64,000 bases of DNA from an uncultured Candidatus Saccharibacteria bacterium. GTDB taxonomy: Bacteria > Patescibacteriota > Saccharimonadia > Saccharimonadales > AWTP1-31. The position numbers were made by a program, and so were the translations under genes. The DNA is taken from NCBI GenBank assembly GCA_937903325.1, contig CALCZR010000058.1, positions 129,034 through 193,033 on the forward strand, written 5' to 3'. Below the pieces are notes generated by a model that worked only from the letters and a program-made list of their open reading frames with translations, was not told where the DNA came from and made no database searches. Shown in pieces: positions 1-10,308 of this stretch. Numbering within the stretch: the first letter of the stretch is position 1; each line of letters opens with the position of its first letter.

Positions 1-593
1 TCATCAAAGACGCCCCGTACAATAAAGTCCTGACCTCGAATAGTTAGGGACTGGCCGATCGGAACATTTTCCTTAAACAGTTGTTCGGCAACGCGCTTGC
101 CAATAACAGCTACCTGCCGATTTTCTTCACCTGTACTGAAGTAACTGCCGAACTCTACTTTCTGTTGGACCATTTGGGGGAACAGGTAGTCCGTACCAAG
201 TATAAAGCTGTCGTCATAGCGGTCAGACCCGGACGAAACACCACTGTTCAACAAACTCAAGGGGCTAACGTCTTTAACGCCACCCGTTTTGTGTACCACC
301 TTAATATCATCTTCACTGAGGCTACCGTTACCAAAGCCGTAGGCGAGGGCAGGGTTAACCTTGGTAATACTGCCGTTCTTATCCCGCTGCACGATCTTGC
401 CCGGTCGAATAGTAAGCAAGTTGCTGCCAATGTGACCAGATTGCTTAAGGACCTGTCGCTTAATGCCTTCGCCAAGACTGACGGTCGTAATGACCGAAAC
501 GATACCTACTACAATACCGAACATAGTAAGGGTACTCAGCCACTTAGAACTACGTAGCCGTCGTAGTGCCGTACGGTAGTTGCCACTAAACAT
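1..593 (-). CDS. ABC transporter permease, MacB/FtsX family (5' part; gene runs off window start)
   Basis: Minus-strand frame is open from the ATG at 593-591 (overlaps the upstream ATPase stop as TAATG) to position 1. Translation MFSGNYRTALRRLRSSKWLSTLTMFGIVVGIVSVITTVSLGEGIK... shows an N-terminal TM helix plus extracytoplasmic domain typical of MacB-type permeases. It is absent from the ORF track because no stop lies inside the window. Confidence 0.75.
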   Translation of the reverse strand, partial: MFSGNYRTALRRLRSSKWLSTLTMFGIVVGIVSVITTVSLGEGIKRQVLKQSGHIGSNLLTIRPGKIVQRDKNGSITKVNPALAYGFGNGSLSEDDIKVVHKTGGVKDVSPLSLLNSGVSSGSDRYDDSFILGTDYLFPQMVQQKVEFGSYFSTGEENRQVAVIGKRVAEQLFKENVPIGQSLTIRGQDFIVRGVFD

Positions 594-1468
594 TACTTAG
601 TCCTCCGCTTGGTGGTTCGGGTAGTCGTGCGCTTGGTCTTGCGGACAGCGCGTCGCTTCTTTGGTTTACCAATAGTCTTATCAGGCAAGGTTTCCATCAT
701 GGCAGAAACACCAGCAAGGTCATCTTCTTCAGTTCGGCGGGGGAATAAGTACATAGCCCGGCTAGCCATATCTGGCACCTCACCAAGTGGTGTCCGTTGG
801 TCGTGCACAATACCGCCGTCGTGCATGTAAACAACACGATCGGCATAGCGGGTAAGTTCAGGGTTATGGGTCACCATTAATATGGTGTTGCCGGTGCGGT
901 GTAATTCACTCAGCAATTCCATGACTACCAGACTAGCGCTACTGTCCAGGTTGCCAGTAGGTTCGTCAGCAATAATAATCTGCGGGTCATTAACCAGAGC
1001 CCGAGCAATGGCCGCCCGTTGGATCTGTCCACCAGACAGAGCTCGAGGCATAAAGTATTGTCGGTCACTCATACCCACCCGTTCCAGCACTGCTGCCGCA
1101 CGCTTCAGTCGTTTAACCGGCGTAATACCTTTGTACACTAGGGGCAGGGCAACATTATCAAGCACATTGAGCTTGGGGAGTAGGTTAAAAGCCTGGAACA
1201 CAAAGCCAATGCGATCTCTACGGACTTTAGCGCGTTGGTTCGGACGCAGCTTGGCAACAGATCGCTTACTGAGCGTGTATTCACCGTGAGTAGGGCGGTC
1301 AAGCAAGCCAATGATGTTCATAAGGGTGGACTTACCAGAACCGCTTGGGCCCATGATGGCCACGAACTCACCAGCCTCAACGTCTAAGCTGACCTCGTCT
1401 AGTGCAACGGTAGTTGCATCGCCGAAGCCGTACAGTTTACTGACGTCTTTAAGTGAGATTAGGGGCAT
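593..1468 (-). CDS. ABC transporter ATP-binding protein (MacB/LolD-like) with basic C-terminal tail
   Basis: Walker A GPSGSGKST, ABC signature LSGGQIQR, Walker B IIIADEPTGNLD, H-loop VTHN. The tail is Lys/Arg/Thr-rich. Confidence 0.9.
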   Translation of the reverse strand: MPLISLKDVSKLYGFGDATTVALDEVSLDVEAGEFVAIMGPSGSGKSTLMNIIGLLDRPTHGEYTLSKRSVAKLRPNQRAKVRRDRIGFVFQAFNLLPKLNVLDNVALPLVYKGITPVKRLKRAAAVLERVGMSDRQYFMPRALSGGQIQRAAIARALVNDPQIIIADEPTGNLDSSASLVVMELLSELHRTGNTILMVTHNPELTRYADRVVYMHDGGIVHDQRTPLGEVPDMASRAMYLFPRRTEEDDLAGVSAMMETLPDKTIGKPKKRRAVRKTKRTTTRTTKRRTK

Positions 1469-1598
1469 AGTGTGAGGACTTATTAGAAATAATTCGTCTA
1501 ACTAATTCTACGCCGACCGTTGCACGAGCGGCAAGTAAGTAATGTAGTAATTTTCTCTGTACTCAGAAACAGGTATAATGGTCAGGTTCGTTAAACGC

Positions 1599-1688
1599 GG
1601 AGGGGTCGCATAGTGGCCTAGTGCGCCATCTTGGAAAGGTGGTAAGGGGGCAACTCCTTCGAGGGTTCAAATCCCTCTCCCTCCGCCA
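1599..1688 (+). tRNA. tRNA-Ser(GGA), CCA encoded
   Basis: GGAGGGG acceptor pairs with CCCTCCG; anticodon loop is TTGGAAA; long variable arm; T arm GGGTTCAAATCCC; 90 nt. Confidence 0.9.
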
Positions 1689-1705
1689 CAACTACAAAAT
1701 ATTGA

Positions 1706-1736
1706 CACTATACAGAAAGGTTGTATAGTGTTTTTT
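1706..1736 (+). terminator. Rho-independent terminator after tRNA-Ser
   Basis: Perfect 9-bp stem CACTATACA/TGTATAGTG with a 7-nt loop, followed by TTTTTT. Confidence 0.6.
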
Positions 1737-2345
1737 ATGTCTCAGACTTCTGTTATTGGGCTCGGTGCATTGGCAGGTGCAGGCAAGGGCGAACTATCTG
1801 AACAACTAATCCAGTTCGGTGTGGATTATATGCACATTGGTACTGTGGTTCGCTCCACTGCACAAGCGAATGGTTTTATCCCAGAGAACGACGGACGAGA
1901 AGCATATCTGCCTTTCTGGGGAGAGTACGCCCAAGAGCATGGTCAAGATTGGCTATCTAAACTGGCGTTTGAACGCGCAAAAGAGATAGGACGACCCGTT
2001 CTTCTAGACGGTGTACGTATTCCTGCTGATGCTGAAGTTATTACTGCTAGTCCTAATGGTCTGATGTGTTGGCTAGAAGCAGACATAGAGACTATAGCCG
2101 ACAGGGCCATACGACGTGCGCGTGCTGATGACTTAGGTCTGTCGAGAGAAGATTTTATTGAGAAAATGCAGAAGGACCTAAGCGGTGAAGGTAGCTTCTC
2201 AATGGGTGCAGTACGAGATGCTTCGGAATTATTCTTACTGCGCACGCCAGAGATTGATGATCTACTTGAGCGAGCGACCTATTACCATAGCCTAGCTCAG
2301 CACGTGCTAGCCGCAAGCGGAATGACGTCTGGTTTAACGAGTTAA
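1737..2345 (+). CDS. Hypothetical P-loop kinase-like protein
   Basis: ORF 1728..2345. The ATG at 1737 lies just after the terminator T-run and is preferred. The motif GLGALAGAGKG resembles a nucleotide-binding P-loop. Function not established. Confidence 0.5.
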   Translation: MSQTSVIGLGALAGAGKGELSEQLIQFGVDYMHIGTVVRSTAQANGFIPENDGREAYLPFWGEYAQEHGQDWLSKLAFERAKEIGRPVLLDGVRIPADAEVITASPNGLMCWLEADIETIADRAIRRARADDLGLSREDFIEKMQKDLSGEGSFSMGAVRDASELFLLRTPEIDDLLERATYYHSLAQHVLAASGMTSGLTS

Positions 2346-2370
2346 TTATCTACGGCCCGCCAGTAGACAA

Positions 2371-2399
2371 AATACCATTTTTATGGTATTTTTTGTTTT
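2371..2399 (+). terminator. Rho-independent terminator
   Basis: Stem AATACCAT/ATGGTATT with loop TTTT, followed by TTTTGTTTT. Confidence 0.65.
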
Positions 2400-2678
2400 A
2401 TGAGCGAAGTTTCTTTAAACGATTTTGTCACAGGGCCCATCGGCGAACCAATAACTCGACCCGATGGTAACCTCGTTGAGCTTTCTAAGTCACATGATCG
2501 GCTTTGTGTATCGATCGGCTGTCTCTCTTCTGTCTATAGTGAGGTTGAGGTAGCGCATTTGGGTGATGGCAGCTTCTCAGAGGGTATGATTGTTTTAGCA
2601 CAAAATGGCTATAAACAGGAACGCATTGTAACCGACACTGGTCTAAGACCATTCCATGAAGAGCTAAAAGCAAAATAG
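2400..2678 (+). CDS. Hypothetical protein (92 aa)
   Basis: Supported by the ORF only; no recognisable motif. Confidence 0.4.
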   Translation: MSEVSLNDFVTGPIGEPITRPDGNLVELSKSHDRLCVSIGCLSSVYSEVEVAHLGDGSFSEGMIVLAQNGYKQERIVTDTGLRPFHEELKAK

Positions 2679-2720
2679 TTCCACACCTGCTCCGCTATGG
2701 TCCGCCAAAAGCTACAAGCT

Positions 2721-3440
2721 CTAGCTAATCAGAGTTCCGACCGTCTGACCTTGCACAACCTTCAGTAGACTATCTGGCTGCATAGCGTCAAAAACAATCA
2801 CTGGCATCTTGTGCTCCATAGCCAGTCCTAATGCAGCTTTGTCCATAACACTAATCTCTCTGTTCTCAACTGCTTCTTGGAAAGACATAGTTTCAAGTCG
2901 TTTGGCATCTTTGTGTTTAGCAGGATCCTTGGTATACACACCGTCAACCTTAGTGGCCTTAAGAACTACATTGCAGTCTAGTTCGAGAGCAAGACTTACA
3001 GCCGCAGTGTCGGTTGTAAGATATGGTCGGCCAATACCACCAGCAACGATAACCACTCGGTTACTCTGCAAGTGTTTGTTTGCTAGACGGAATACAAAGG
3101 GTTCGGCCACTTGTTCAGCGTAGATACTACTGAGGCAACGGGTCTGGACGTCGTGAGCTTCGAAGATGTCAGTAAGGGCCAAAGCGTTGATCATAGTACC
3201 GAGCATACCCATGTGATCTCCGGTGACTCGCTTAATGCCATGTCCGGCTATTTGGGCACCGCGTACAAAGTTACCGCCGCCCACCATGATTACTACCTGG
3301 GCACCAGAACTAGATACTTTCTTAACTTCTTCAGCAATCCAAGAGGCTAGTTCAGCGTCGATACCACTTTCGAACTTTCCGGAGAGCTGCTCACCTGACA
3401 GCTTCAGAAGAATTCGTTGGTATCCTTTACTCATTACCAT
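2721..3440 (-). CDS. pyrH: UMP kinase
   Basis: ILLKLSGE, VVIMVGGGNFVRG and the amino-acid kinase fold pattern across the full length. Confidence 0.9.
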   Translation of the reverse strand: MVMSKGYQRILLKLSGEQLSGKFESGIDAELASWIAEEVKKVSSSGAQVVIMVGGGNFVRGAQIAGHGIKRVTGDHMGMLGTMINALALTDIFEAHDVQTRCLSSIYAEQVAEPFVFRLANKHLQSNRVVIVAGGIGRPYLTTDTAAVSLALELDCNVVLKATKVDGVYTKDPAKHKDAKRLETMSFQEAVENREISVMDKAALGLAMEHKMPVIVFDAMQPDSLLKVVQGQTVGTLIS

Positions 3441-3503
3441 TCAGTCTAGCACAGTACGAGTAATCTCCACTGCAGGTACTGCCCCTTGGGGTATACTAGT
3501 GGT

Positions 3504-4304
3504 ATGAAACTATACTCATGGAACGTCAACGGCATACGGGCAGTACTAAACAAAGGAACGTTCCAGAAGTTCCTGGAAGAACACAGCCCAGATGTTTTGT
3601 GCCTACAAGAAACCAAGGCCCAGCGTGACCAGTTCGAGATTGACCTGCCGGGCTACCACGAGTTCTGGTACTCAGCCAAGAAGAAAGGCTACTCCGGTAC
3701 AGCCATATTCAGTAAGGTAAAGCCTATGCAAGTTATTAACGGCTTTCCAGAAGATATCATCAAGGAGCACGGCGTCAGCGGTGATACCTACGGTGACCCT
3801 AACGACGAAGGTCGTGTCATGGCCGCTGAGTTTGACAAGTTCTGGGTACTCACCAGCTACACTCCGAATAGTAAAGGGGATCTCTCTCGACTAGAACTCC
3901 GGCACAAGCACTGGGACCCAGCATTCCTGGCATATGCCAAGCGATTAGAAGAAACTAAACCGGTGGTGTTCTGTGGCGACTTGAACGTCGCCCACGAAGA
4001 GATTGACTTGGCTAATCCTAAGCCAAATGTTGGCAAGCATGGTTTCACCAACGAAGAGCGAGAAGGCTTTGGCAAATTCCTGAGTGCTGGTTTTATCGAC
4101 ACCTTCCGTTCGCTTCATCCAGAGCAGAAAGATGCCTACAGCTGGTGGACTCACTGGGCCAACGCACGCGCCCGGAACATTGGCTGGCGTATTGATTACT
4201 GGCTGGCTTCCAGAGACTTGAAAGATAATATTAAAGCAGCTGCTATTCACCCGGACGTTATGGGATCAGATCACTGTCCAGTAAGTATTGAATTAGATAT
4301 ATAG
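3504..4304 (+). CDS. xth: Exodeoxyribonuclease III
   Basis: MKLYSWNVNGIRA, LCLQETK and a C-terminal SDHCPV; ExoIII/APE1 family. The ORF opens at 3486, but the MKL start at 3504 matches the family N-terminus. Confidence 0.9.
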   Translation: MKLYSWNVNGIRAVLNKGTFQKFLEEHSPDVLCLQETKAQRDQFEIDLPGYHEFWYSAKKKGYSGTAIFSKVKPMQVINGFPEDIIKEHGVSGDTYGDPNDEGRVMAAEFDKFWVLTSYTPNSKGDLSRLELRHKHWDPAFLAYAKRLEETKPVVFCGDLNVAHEEIDLANPKPNVGKHGFTNEEREGFGKFLSAGFIDTFRSLHPEQKDAYSWWTHWANARARNIGWRIDYWLASRDLKDNIKAAAIHPDVMGSDHCPVSIELDI

Positions 4305-4324
4305 CAGGAAGGTAGGAGTTACAT

Positions 4325-5257
4325 ATGAACCCAGATGCACATACTATTAGCGAACAGTTCCTGGACGTCGGAGACGGACACAGTCTGTATATACAGGAGT
4401 GGGGCAACAAAGAAGCAGAGCTACCAATACTGTTTCTACACGGAGGCCCTGGGGCCGGGTGTAGTGATGGGCACAAGCAGATCTTTGACCCCAAATCCCA
4501 ACGAGTAATCTTGTTTGACCAACGCGGTTCCGGAAAGAGCCTGCCAAAAGGACTGCTGGAACACAATACTACAGACGACATGGTTGAAGATATTGAAAAG
4601 ATCGCAGACCACTTCAAACTAAAGAAGTTTATTATCACGGGCGGCTCATGGGGAGCATGCCTGGCATTCGCCTATGCGCTCAAACACCCAGAGCGACTTC
4701 ACGCCATGGTACTCCGCGGTATCTTCACAGGATCAAAAGAAGAAACAGATTACTTAGATAATGGTCTATTTAAACAGTTCTATCCAGATGTCTGGGACGC
4801 ATACCTAGAACGGACACCAAAAGGGCACCACGATGACCCAAGCGCTTACCACTACAAGCAAATGAAAAGTAGTGACCCTGCAGTCGTGAAGGCTTCTTCA
4901 TATGCTTACAGCGAGCTAGAAGGGTCACTACTGCGACTAGACGACCGACACACGGCAGAGAACTTCGATACATACCAGCCAGAGGGCATGAACATTGAGC
5001 TGCATTATCTTGCACAGCTTTGCTTCATGCCAGACCGCTACATACTAGACAATGCCCACAAGATTAAGACCCCAACTTGGTTGGTGCAGGGCCGTTACGA
5101 CATGGTCTGTCCGGCTAAAACTGCGTATGAAATGCACAAAGCGATGCCTAACAGTAAGCTCATCTTCACAACTGCCGGACACTCAGGTAGTGATCGCGGA
5201 ATATATGAAATAACATCTGCACTTCTTAAAGAGATCACCGACCCGTCTGCCAGCTAG
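4325..5257 (+). CDS. pip: Proline iminopeptidase (alpha/beta hydrolase)
   Basis: FLHGGPGAG oxyanion motif, GGSWGA nucleophile elbow, C-terminal GHS. Confidence 0.85.
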   Translation: MNPDAHTISEQFLDVGDGHSLYIQEWGNKEAELPILFLHGGPGAGCSDGHKQIFDPKSQRVILFDQRGSGKSLPKGLLEHNTTDDMVEDIEKIADHFKLKKFIITGGSWGACLAFAYALKHPERLHAMVLRGIFTGSKEETDYLDNGLFKQFYPDVWDAYLERTPKGHHDDPSAYHYKQMKSSDPAVVKASSYAYSELEGSLLRLDDRHTAENFDTYQPEGMNIELHYLAQLCFMPDRYILDNAHKIKTPTWLVQGRYDMVCPAKTAYEMHKAMPNSKLIFTTAGHSGSDRGIYEITSALLKEITDPSAS

Positions 5258-6081
5258 TGGGCAATAAAAGAGAAGTAGGTACTATGCAGGCATATTGGCA
5301 AAAACAAGGGACCGAACCACTATTCCCAGACCTTCTATGGAGCCGCCCAGAAAACCGTCAGCATGCCGGCAAGTTGTTGATTATCGGCGGGCATGCCCAC
5401 GGTTTCGCAGCACCCGCCGAGGCATTCAGCGCAGCAGAGAAAGCAGGTATTGGAACTGCTCGAGTATTGCTTCCGGACCACATCAGGCCGCAACTTGCTA
5501 AGTTCCAAGGCGCAGGACTTGAAACTGAGTTCGCACCCAGTACGCCCAGCGGAAGTTTTGCATCTAAAGCACTCGCTGAACTACTGGACGCCAGTAACTG
5601 GGCAGACGGAGTACTACTCGCAGGGGATCTGGGGCGCAACAGTGAAACAGCCATTGTGCTTGAGAAGTTTGCCGCCAAAACTAAGCTGCCACTTATTATC
5701 TCGAAGGACGCAGTCGATTACTTCACGTCCAGCCCCGACGTACTACTACCACGCGGCAACGCATGCATTGTACTCAGTATTGCCCAACTCCAGAAGCTAG
5801 CCGTGCAAGCCAAGTTCATCACAGCCATTACCTTCGGCATGGACCTTATGCGCCTGGTAGAAGCACTACATGACTTCACGAGTCAGTACGATATACACCT
5901 TATTACCAAGCACCAAGACTCGTTAATAGTTGCAAGTAGTGGGCAGGTTAGTAGTACCAAGACATCTCTGGATGTTGAGGATTCATGGCGAGTAGCTACC
6001 GCAGCAGCCGCAAGTGTGTGGTGGATACAGAACCAGAGCAAAACGTTTGAAGCACTAACAACTGCGCTTCACAAAAACTAG
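5257..6081 (+). CDS. YjeF C-terminal / carbohydrate-kinase-like protein (possible NAD(P)HX dehydratase relative)
   Basis: GKLLIIGGHAHGFAAPAEAFSAAEKAGIG resembles the YjeF_C GG..GA..LA motif. The match is divergent and the assignment tentative. Confidence 0.45.
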   Translation: MGNKREVGTMQAYWQKQGTEPLFPDLLWSRPENRQHAGKLLIIGGHAHGFAAPAEAFSAAEKAGIGTARVLLPDHIRPQLAKFQGAGLETEFAPSTPSGSFASKALAELLDASNWADGVLLAGDLGRNSETAIVLEKFAAKTKLPLIISKDAVDYFTSSPDVLLPRGNACIVLSIAQLQKLAVQAKFITAITFGMDLMRLVEALHDFTSQYDIHLITKHQDSLIVASSGQVSSTKTSLDVEDSWRVATAAAASVWWIQNQSKTFEALTTALHKN

Positions 6082-6134
6082 CAGAGAAGAGTTAGTGCAA
6101 AATAAAAAGCCGGCCAGAAGGTCGACAGATTTAA

Positions 6135-6219
6135 TGGTGGGCGAGGAGGGAATCGAACCCTCAATCCGTAAGGAACACGATTTTGAGTCGTGCGCGTATA
6201 CCAGTTCCGCCACTCGCCC
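6135..6219 (-). tRNA. tRNA-Leu(CAA), CCA encoded
   Basis: The reverse complement GGGCGAG...CTCGCCCACCA folds as a cloverleaf. Anticodon loop CTCAAAA; long variable arm; T arm GAGGGTTCGATTCCCTC. Confidence 0.9.
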
Positions 6220-6294
6220 AAGGCTTTAACAGAGGCCATTATAGCATATCTGTCGTCGCAGATACCCATCTCTACTGTATACTAGTAAGTAACC

Positions 6295-7548
6295 ATGACC
6301 GATTCATCTGATTCACCAGCAAAGTCTAGCCAGGGAAGTAGTGCCAATGACCCAGCGGTTAATTTGATTCGGCAAAAAATTGATGCTCTGTACGACGGCG
6401 AGCCCAATGCCAAAGAAGAAGCTAAGGAAGTCGCCAGCCTCGACCACCGGCCTAGCAAACACCAGGCCTACATGAAGGAACTAACCGAGTCCGGCAGATC
6501 ACTGGCCGAGATCCAGACTGCTTGGCACAACTACTACGTTGGTCTGCCTGACGCCGAGAAGCACCAAGTCTGGAAAGAGTTTTATGCTGTCCATGACGCT
6601 CAGAAAGCCAAGAAGGACGAAGAGAAGAAAACCGAAGATAAACCCCAAGAACTAAAGCTACCAGCCACTAAAGAGTCCCCAGCAGCTACTAGTCATACGG
6701 CAACTGCACCAACACCCATCTACAGCCACAACACGTCGCAGCAAAGACAAAAGGGGCGCCATACCGGCACCCGAACCGTCGCCCAAGTGAGGCACCAGTT
6801 AACTTCTAAGGCATCTAGTAGTGCGGCTGGCAAGCTACAAGCAAAGCAGCACTTCCAATCACTCCTGTTCGGAGTGGGCATGGGGGCAGTCGTCGTTCTC
6901 GTACTGCTGTTCGGATTCTTTAACGACCGTTTTATTGCACCGTTTATCACTCCTAGCAAAGCCGTTAGCTCCACACCAATTATCATAGACAGTAGTAGCA
7001 GTGTTGACCCAGTTTCCAAGGTTGTCATTCCTAAGATTAACGTCGAGATACCAGTTGTCTACGACGAACCGTCCGTAGAAGAACATGCCATCCAGAACGC
7101 CCTCGAGCGCGGTGTCGTACACTACGCCACCACTCCTAACCCGGGCGAAAAAGGGAACTCTGTTATCTTTGGTCACTCCAGTAACAACATCCTAAATAAA
7201 GGCCAGTATAAGTTTGCCTTTGTGCTACTTAGTAAGCTAGAGATTGGTGACACCTTCTATCTCAACAAGGACGGTGTACGCTACGGCTACCGTATCTACG
7301 AAAAGCGTATCGTCAAGCCAACCGAAGTTGACGTCCTGAATGCCACCACCAAAGCTGCCACTGCCACCCTTATTACTTGTGATCCTCCTGGAACGTCTCT
7401 GAATCGCCTCATTGTTATTGGTGAGCAGGTCAGCCCAGACCCAGCCAATAACAAGGCTAGCACCGCGACCAAGTCAGAGGGTCAAACCAAGATCATTCCA
7501 AGCAATGCGCCAAGCCTATGGGAGCGCATTAAGGATTGGTTCTCGTAG
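6295..7548 (+). CDS. Sortase-domain membrane protein (chromosomal sortase) with long disordered N-terminus
   Basis: TM segment LLFGVGMGAVVVLVLLFGFF followed by a sortase core: GNSVIFGHSSN (His), ATLITCDPPG (Cys), NRLIV (Arg). Confidence 0.8.
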   Translation: MTDSSDSPAKSSQGSSANDPAVNLIRQKIDALYDGEPNAKEEAKEVASLDHRPSKHQAYMKELTESGRSLAEIQTAWHNYYVGLPDAEKHQVWKEFYAVHDAQKAKKDEEKKTEDKPQELKLPATKESPAATSHTATAPTPIYSHNTSQQRQKGRHTGTRTVAQVRHQLTSKASSSAAGKLQAKQHFQSLLFGVGMGAVVVLVLLFGFFNDRFIAPFITPSKAVSSTPIIIDSSSSVDPVSKVVIPKINVEIPVVYDEPSVEEHAIQNALERGVVHYATTPNPGEKGNSVIFGHSSNNILNKGQYKFAFVLLSKLEIGDTFYLNKDGVRYGYRIYEKRIVKPTEVDVLNATTKAATATLITCDPPGTSLNRLIVIGEQVSPDPANNKASTATKSEGQTKIIPSNAPSLWERIKDWFS

Positions 7549-7565
7549 GGTAGTAGTACGAGAAA

Positions 7566-9041
7566 CTATGGCTTAAGGTTAACTTTGAGGCTAGAGCGAG
7601 TCAGTGTAACTTTTGTTGGATCGTTTTCTACAGGTGACAAAGTATATAGTCGTTGGTAGTCACGAGTGAAGTAGGGCAAGACACCACCAATTGTAGTAGA
7701 TAGTTCTTGTCGGTTAATACCGTCAAAGTCAAAGACGACTACTTTACCACCTTGATCCAACATATAACGATGGCCATCCATCCAGGTTGCTTTCTGTGTA
7801 ATCGGCACGTCACCCGGGACTTCGTAGGCAGAACGACGGTTGGTTTCAAGGTCGTAGACGGCAAACTTCTTTCCAGATTGTACGCCCACAAAGCGAGTGT
7901 TAGCCGAGAAGGACAGGAAGGCAGCATCAGTCATCTTCATAACTGCAAAGGCAGTAGCCTCGGTTGCTGGCTTAGCCTTAATCTTGTCGAACGGATCTTT
8001 GTAGATGTATACACGACCTTCCTTGACTGGCACAACAACGACATACCAAGCTCCGTCAAACTGGGCAAGATCTAGTAGAGTGTCTGTCTCGTTAAAGGTA
8101 TGCAGGGTATAGGGTTTGTTGTCATCCCAGACCTTCACAATGGTCTTACCAGGCTTAGCAGCATCGGTCGTAGAGTACAGCACCATGTCAGCACCATATG
8201 ACTTGTAGGCATTCACGTCCTTAATAAGTGGGGTGATCTGCTTGGTTTTAGTCTCCGCAGTGCTGAGTTGTTTGGTCGCAGCGTCGTAGAGATACAGCTG
8301 GTCGAACTTCTTATCCCGCAGTGTGACCTTACTTGGCGTTACGGCAAGTAAGGTATTGATATTAACGGCGTTCGCTGCGTCTTCTCGGTCGAGCATTATG
8401 AATTCAGACTTGTCGTCGTAGTTGTGCTGCAGCAATACGTGGCGATTGTCTGACGCCCATTCGGTGAGTTCTAGAGATTGGTTACCGGTCGCTGCAGTCA
8501 GTATGTTTGGTGGCAGCTTGAGTTCAACGGGGTCCTTAGCTGGGTCGTTGGTATCAAATATCTGGTAGTCGGTCAGCGATCCAGGCTGGGCTACAACTAG
8601 CCAGCGTCGGTCGAGACTCTGGGTAGAGAAGGTTGGCGTACCCGAGTAGGTTGCGCTGGTAGCTTGAGAAAGTTTAGTAGGGAACAGTCGGGCGTAAACT
8701 AGGCGTTCAATGGTACTGCCTTCTAGCTGCAGAGTCTTCTTCCAGGTACGGTAGCCGTCTCGTTTAAACTCAATGTCGTACTTACCAGCTGGCACCGTTA
8801 GCCGTTTATCGGTTTGGCCATTGTCTTTACCATTCAGATATATGGTTGCCGATTCCGGAGCGGTGTCGGCGAAAATCAGGCCGTTCTGGATAACTTCACC
8901 TGTTTTGCGGTCTACATCGTAGCCATTGGTCAGGAAAATCAGGATGATGGAAGTCAGCAGAATTGATACGCCTACTAAGATATACCCGATAACGAGTCGA
9001 CGATTGTGTGAGCGCTTCTTTGCTGGGTCTAGAAAATCCAT
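7566..9041 (-). CDS. PEGA domain-containing membrane protein
   Basis: N-terminal TM, then ATIYLNGKDNGQTDKRLTVPAGKYDIEFKRDGYRTWKK (PEGA-type), then a long beta-rich region. Confidence 0.7.
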   Translation of the reverse strand: MDFLDPAKKRSHNRRLVIGYILVGVSILLTSIILIFLTNGYDVDRKTGEVIQNGLIFADTAPESATIYLNGKDNGQTDKRLTVPAGKYDIEFKRDGYRTWKKTLQLEGSTIERLVYARLFPTKLSQATSATYSGTPTFSTQSLDRRWLVVAQPGSLTDYQIFDTNDPAKDPVELKLPPNILTAATGNQSLELTEWASDNRHVLLQHNYDDKSEFIMLDREDAANAVNINTLLAVTPSKVTLRDKKFDQLYLYDAATKQLSTAETKTKQITPLIKDVNAYKSYGADMVLYSTTDAAKPGKTIVKVWDDNKPYTLHTFNETDTLLDLAQFDGAWYVVVVPVKEGRVYIYKDPFDKIKAKPATEATAFAVMKMTDAAFLSFSANTRFVGVQSGKKFAVYDLETNRRSAYEVPGDVPITQKATWMDGHRYMLDQGGKVVVFDFDGINRQELSTTIGGVLPYFTRDYQRLYTLSPVENDPTKVTLTRSSLKVNLKP

Positions 9042-9126
9042 AGTTTTTGTTAGGCAACAGTTGGTCCTAGTATATCACGCCGGTGTGAGGACTGCTTGTA
9101 AGTTACAAGCATTACCGGTACTATTG

Positions 9127-10266
9127 ATGTATAAGAGCACGCGAAGGAACAAACACTTGGGTGTCAAAAAAAACACAATAACAATTAACGGCAAAACCTA
9201 CGATTCTACTACTGGTCGTCCTATTAATGACCTCTCTACTTCACAGGTTATTAGTCCCTCACACACCACTATCCCAGTCACTCGGAAGCACGCTCTAGCA
9301 GAACCGATATCCAAAGCCCACAAGATTACGGTCAAAGACCCAAGTGTCGAAAGAAGTTCGGGGAGGCAGGCAACTACTATACACGTCCGGAGAGAACGCC
9401 CTAAGACGCTGATTCGTAGTACCGTCAGGAAGCCCGTTATTGAACAGGCCCCACGTCCTGCTAAAGCCGTAGCTGGCCTCGTTAACCAGCCAAAGCACAC
9501 CGTTTTTCATGGTCATGATCGATCTCAGGAAGTACCACACAGTCAGGTTATTCGGAGCAAACACATTTCTAAGTTTAACCATCACGGCACGGTAGTAGTT
9601 AAAACAGCCAGTCTCCCTGTCCAAGTAGCACCACAGGCTCAGAAACACCGATCAACCGACAGATACGACATACACGACACGCCGCCGACACTGGATCACT
9701 TTGCACCCAAGGCACACGCTCGCTCAGGCCATGCCAGCCAGCCCAATATCTTTGAAGAAGCACTCAAGTCCGCCAACTCGCACAAGTCTACCCACAAAAC
9801 CCACAAGAAGCACCAACGTCTTGGCCGACTAGGTCTCGCTGGCTTAAGCGTCCTAATCCTCGGTGTGTTCTTTGCATACCAGAACGCTCCTCGTATCGCA
9901 CTGCGTAACGCTCAATCTACTATTGGGTTTAGCGCTTCAGTACCAAGCTATAGCCCAGCAGGGTTTAGTCGAGAAGGCGCAGTCCAGTACCAGAAGGGTA
10001 TGGTGGTTATTAACTTCCGTTCCAATAGCGACGACCGACAGTACGCCATTACCCAGACGGCAACAGGCAAGAGCAACACCAGCCTTGGAGAAGATTACCT
10101 GGCCACACAGAACAAGCAGTACGAAACAACGTCTATTAAAGGCCAGCCTGTCTATATATACGACGACTCACGGGCAACCTGGATTAGCCATGGTGTCTGG
10201 TATACCATTGATGGCAATGCCGATCTCACTCGTGACCAGCTAACAAATATCGTTGCTTCTATATAG
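9127..10266 (+). CDS. Hypothetical membrane-anchored protein
   Basis: ORF 8926..10266 overlaps the convergent PEGA gene. The ATG at 9127 (MYKSTRRNKH...) avoids the overlap. Basic/Ser-Thr-rich N-terminal half, then TM LGLAGLSVLILGVFFAY. Confidence 0.5.
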   Translation: MYKSTRRNKHLGVKKNTITINGKTYDSTTGRPINDLSTSQVISPSHTTIPVTRKHALAEPISKAHKITVKDPSVERSSGRQATTIHVRRERPKTLIRSTVRKPVIEQAPRPAKAVAGLVNQPKHTVFHGHDRSQEVPHSQVIRSKHISKFNHHGTVVVKTASLPVQVAPQAQKHRSTDRYDIHDTPPTLDHFAPKAHARSGHASQPNIFEEALKSANSHKSTHKTHKKHQRLGRLGLAGLSVLILGVFFAYQNAPRIALRNAQSTIGFSASVPSYSPAGFSREGAVQYQKGMVVINFRSNSDDRQYAITQTATGKSNTSLGEDYLATQNKQYETTSIKGQPVYIYDDSRATWISHGVWYTIDGNADLTRDQLTNIVASI

Positions 10267-10308
10267 TCCCATTGTGCTATCCGCCCCTGTTAGCGTATAC
10301 TACCTCAG

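Noticed and set aside
81-557. 158-aa plus-strand ORF at the window start
   Set aside because: It is antisense to a much better minus-strand MacB/FtsX permease reading frame that is translationally coupled to the ABC ATPase.
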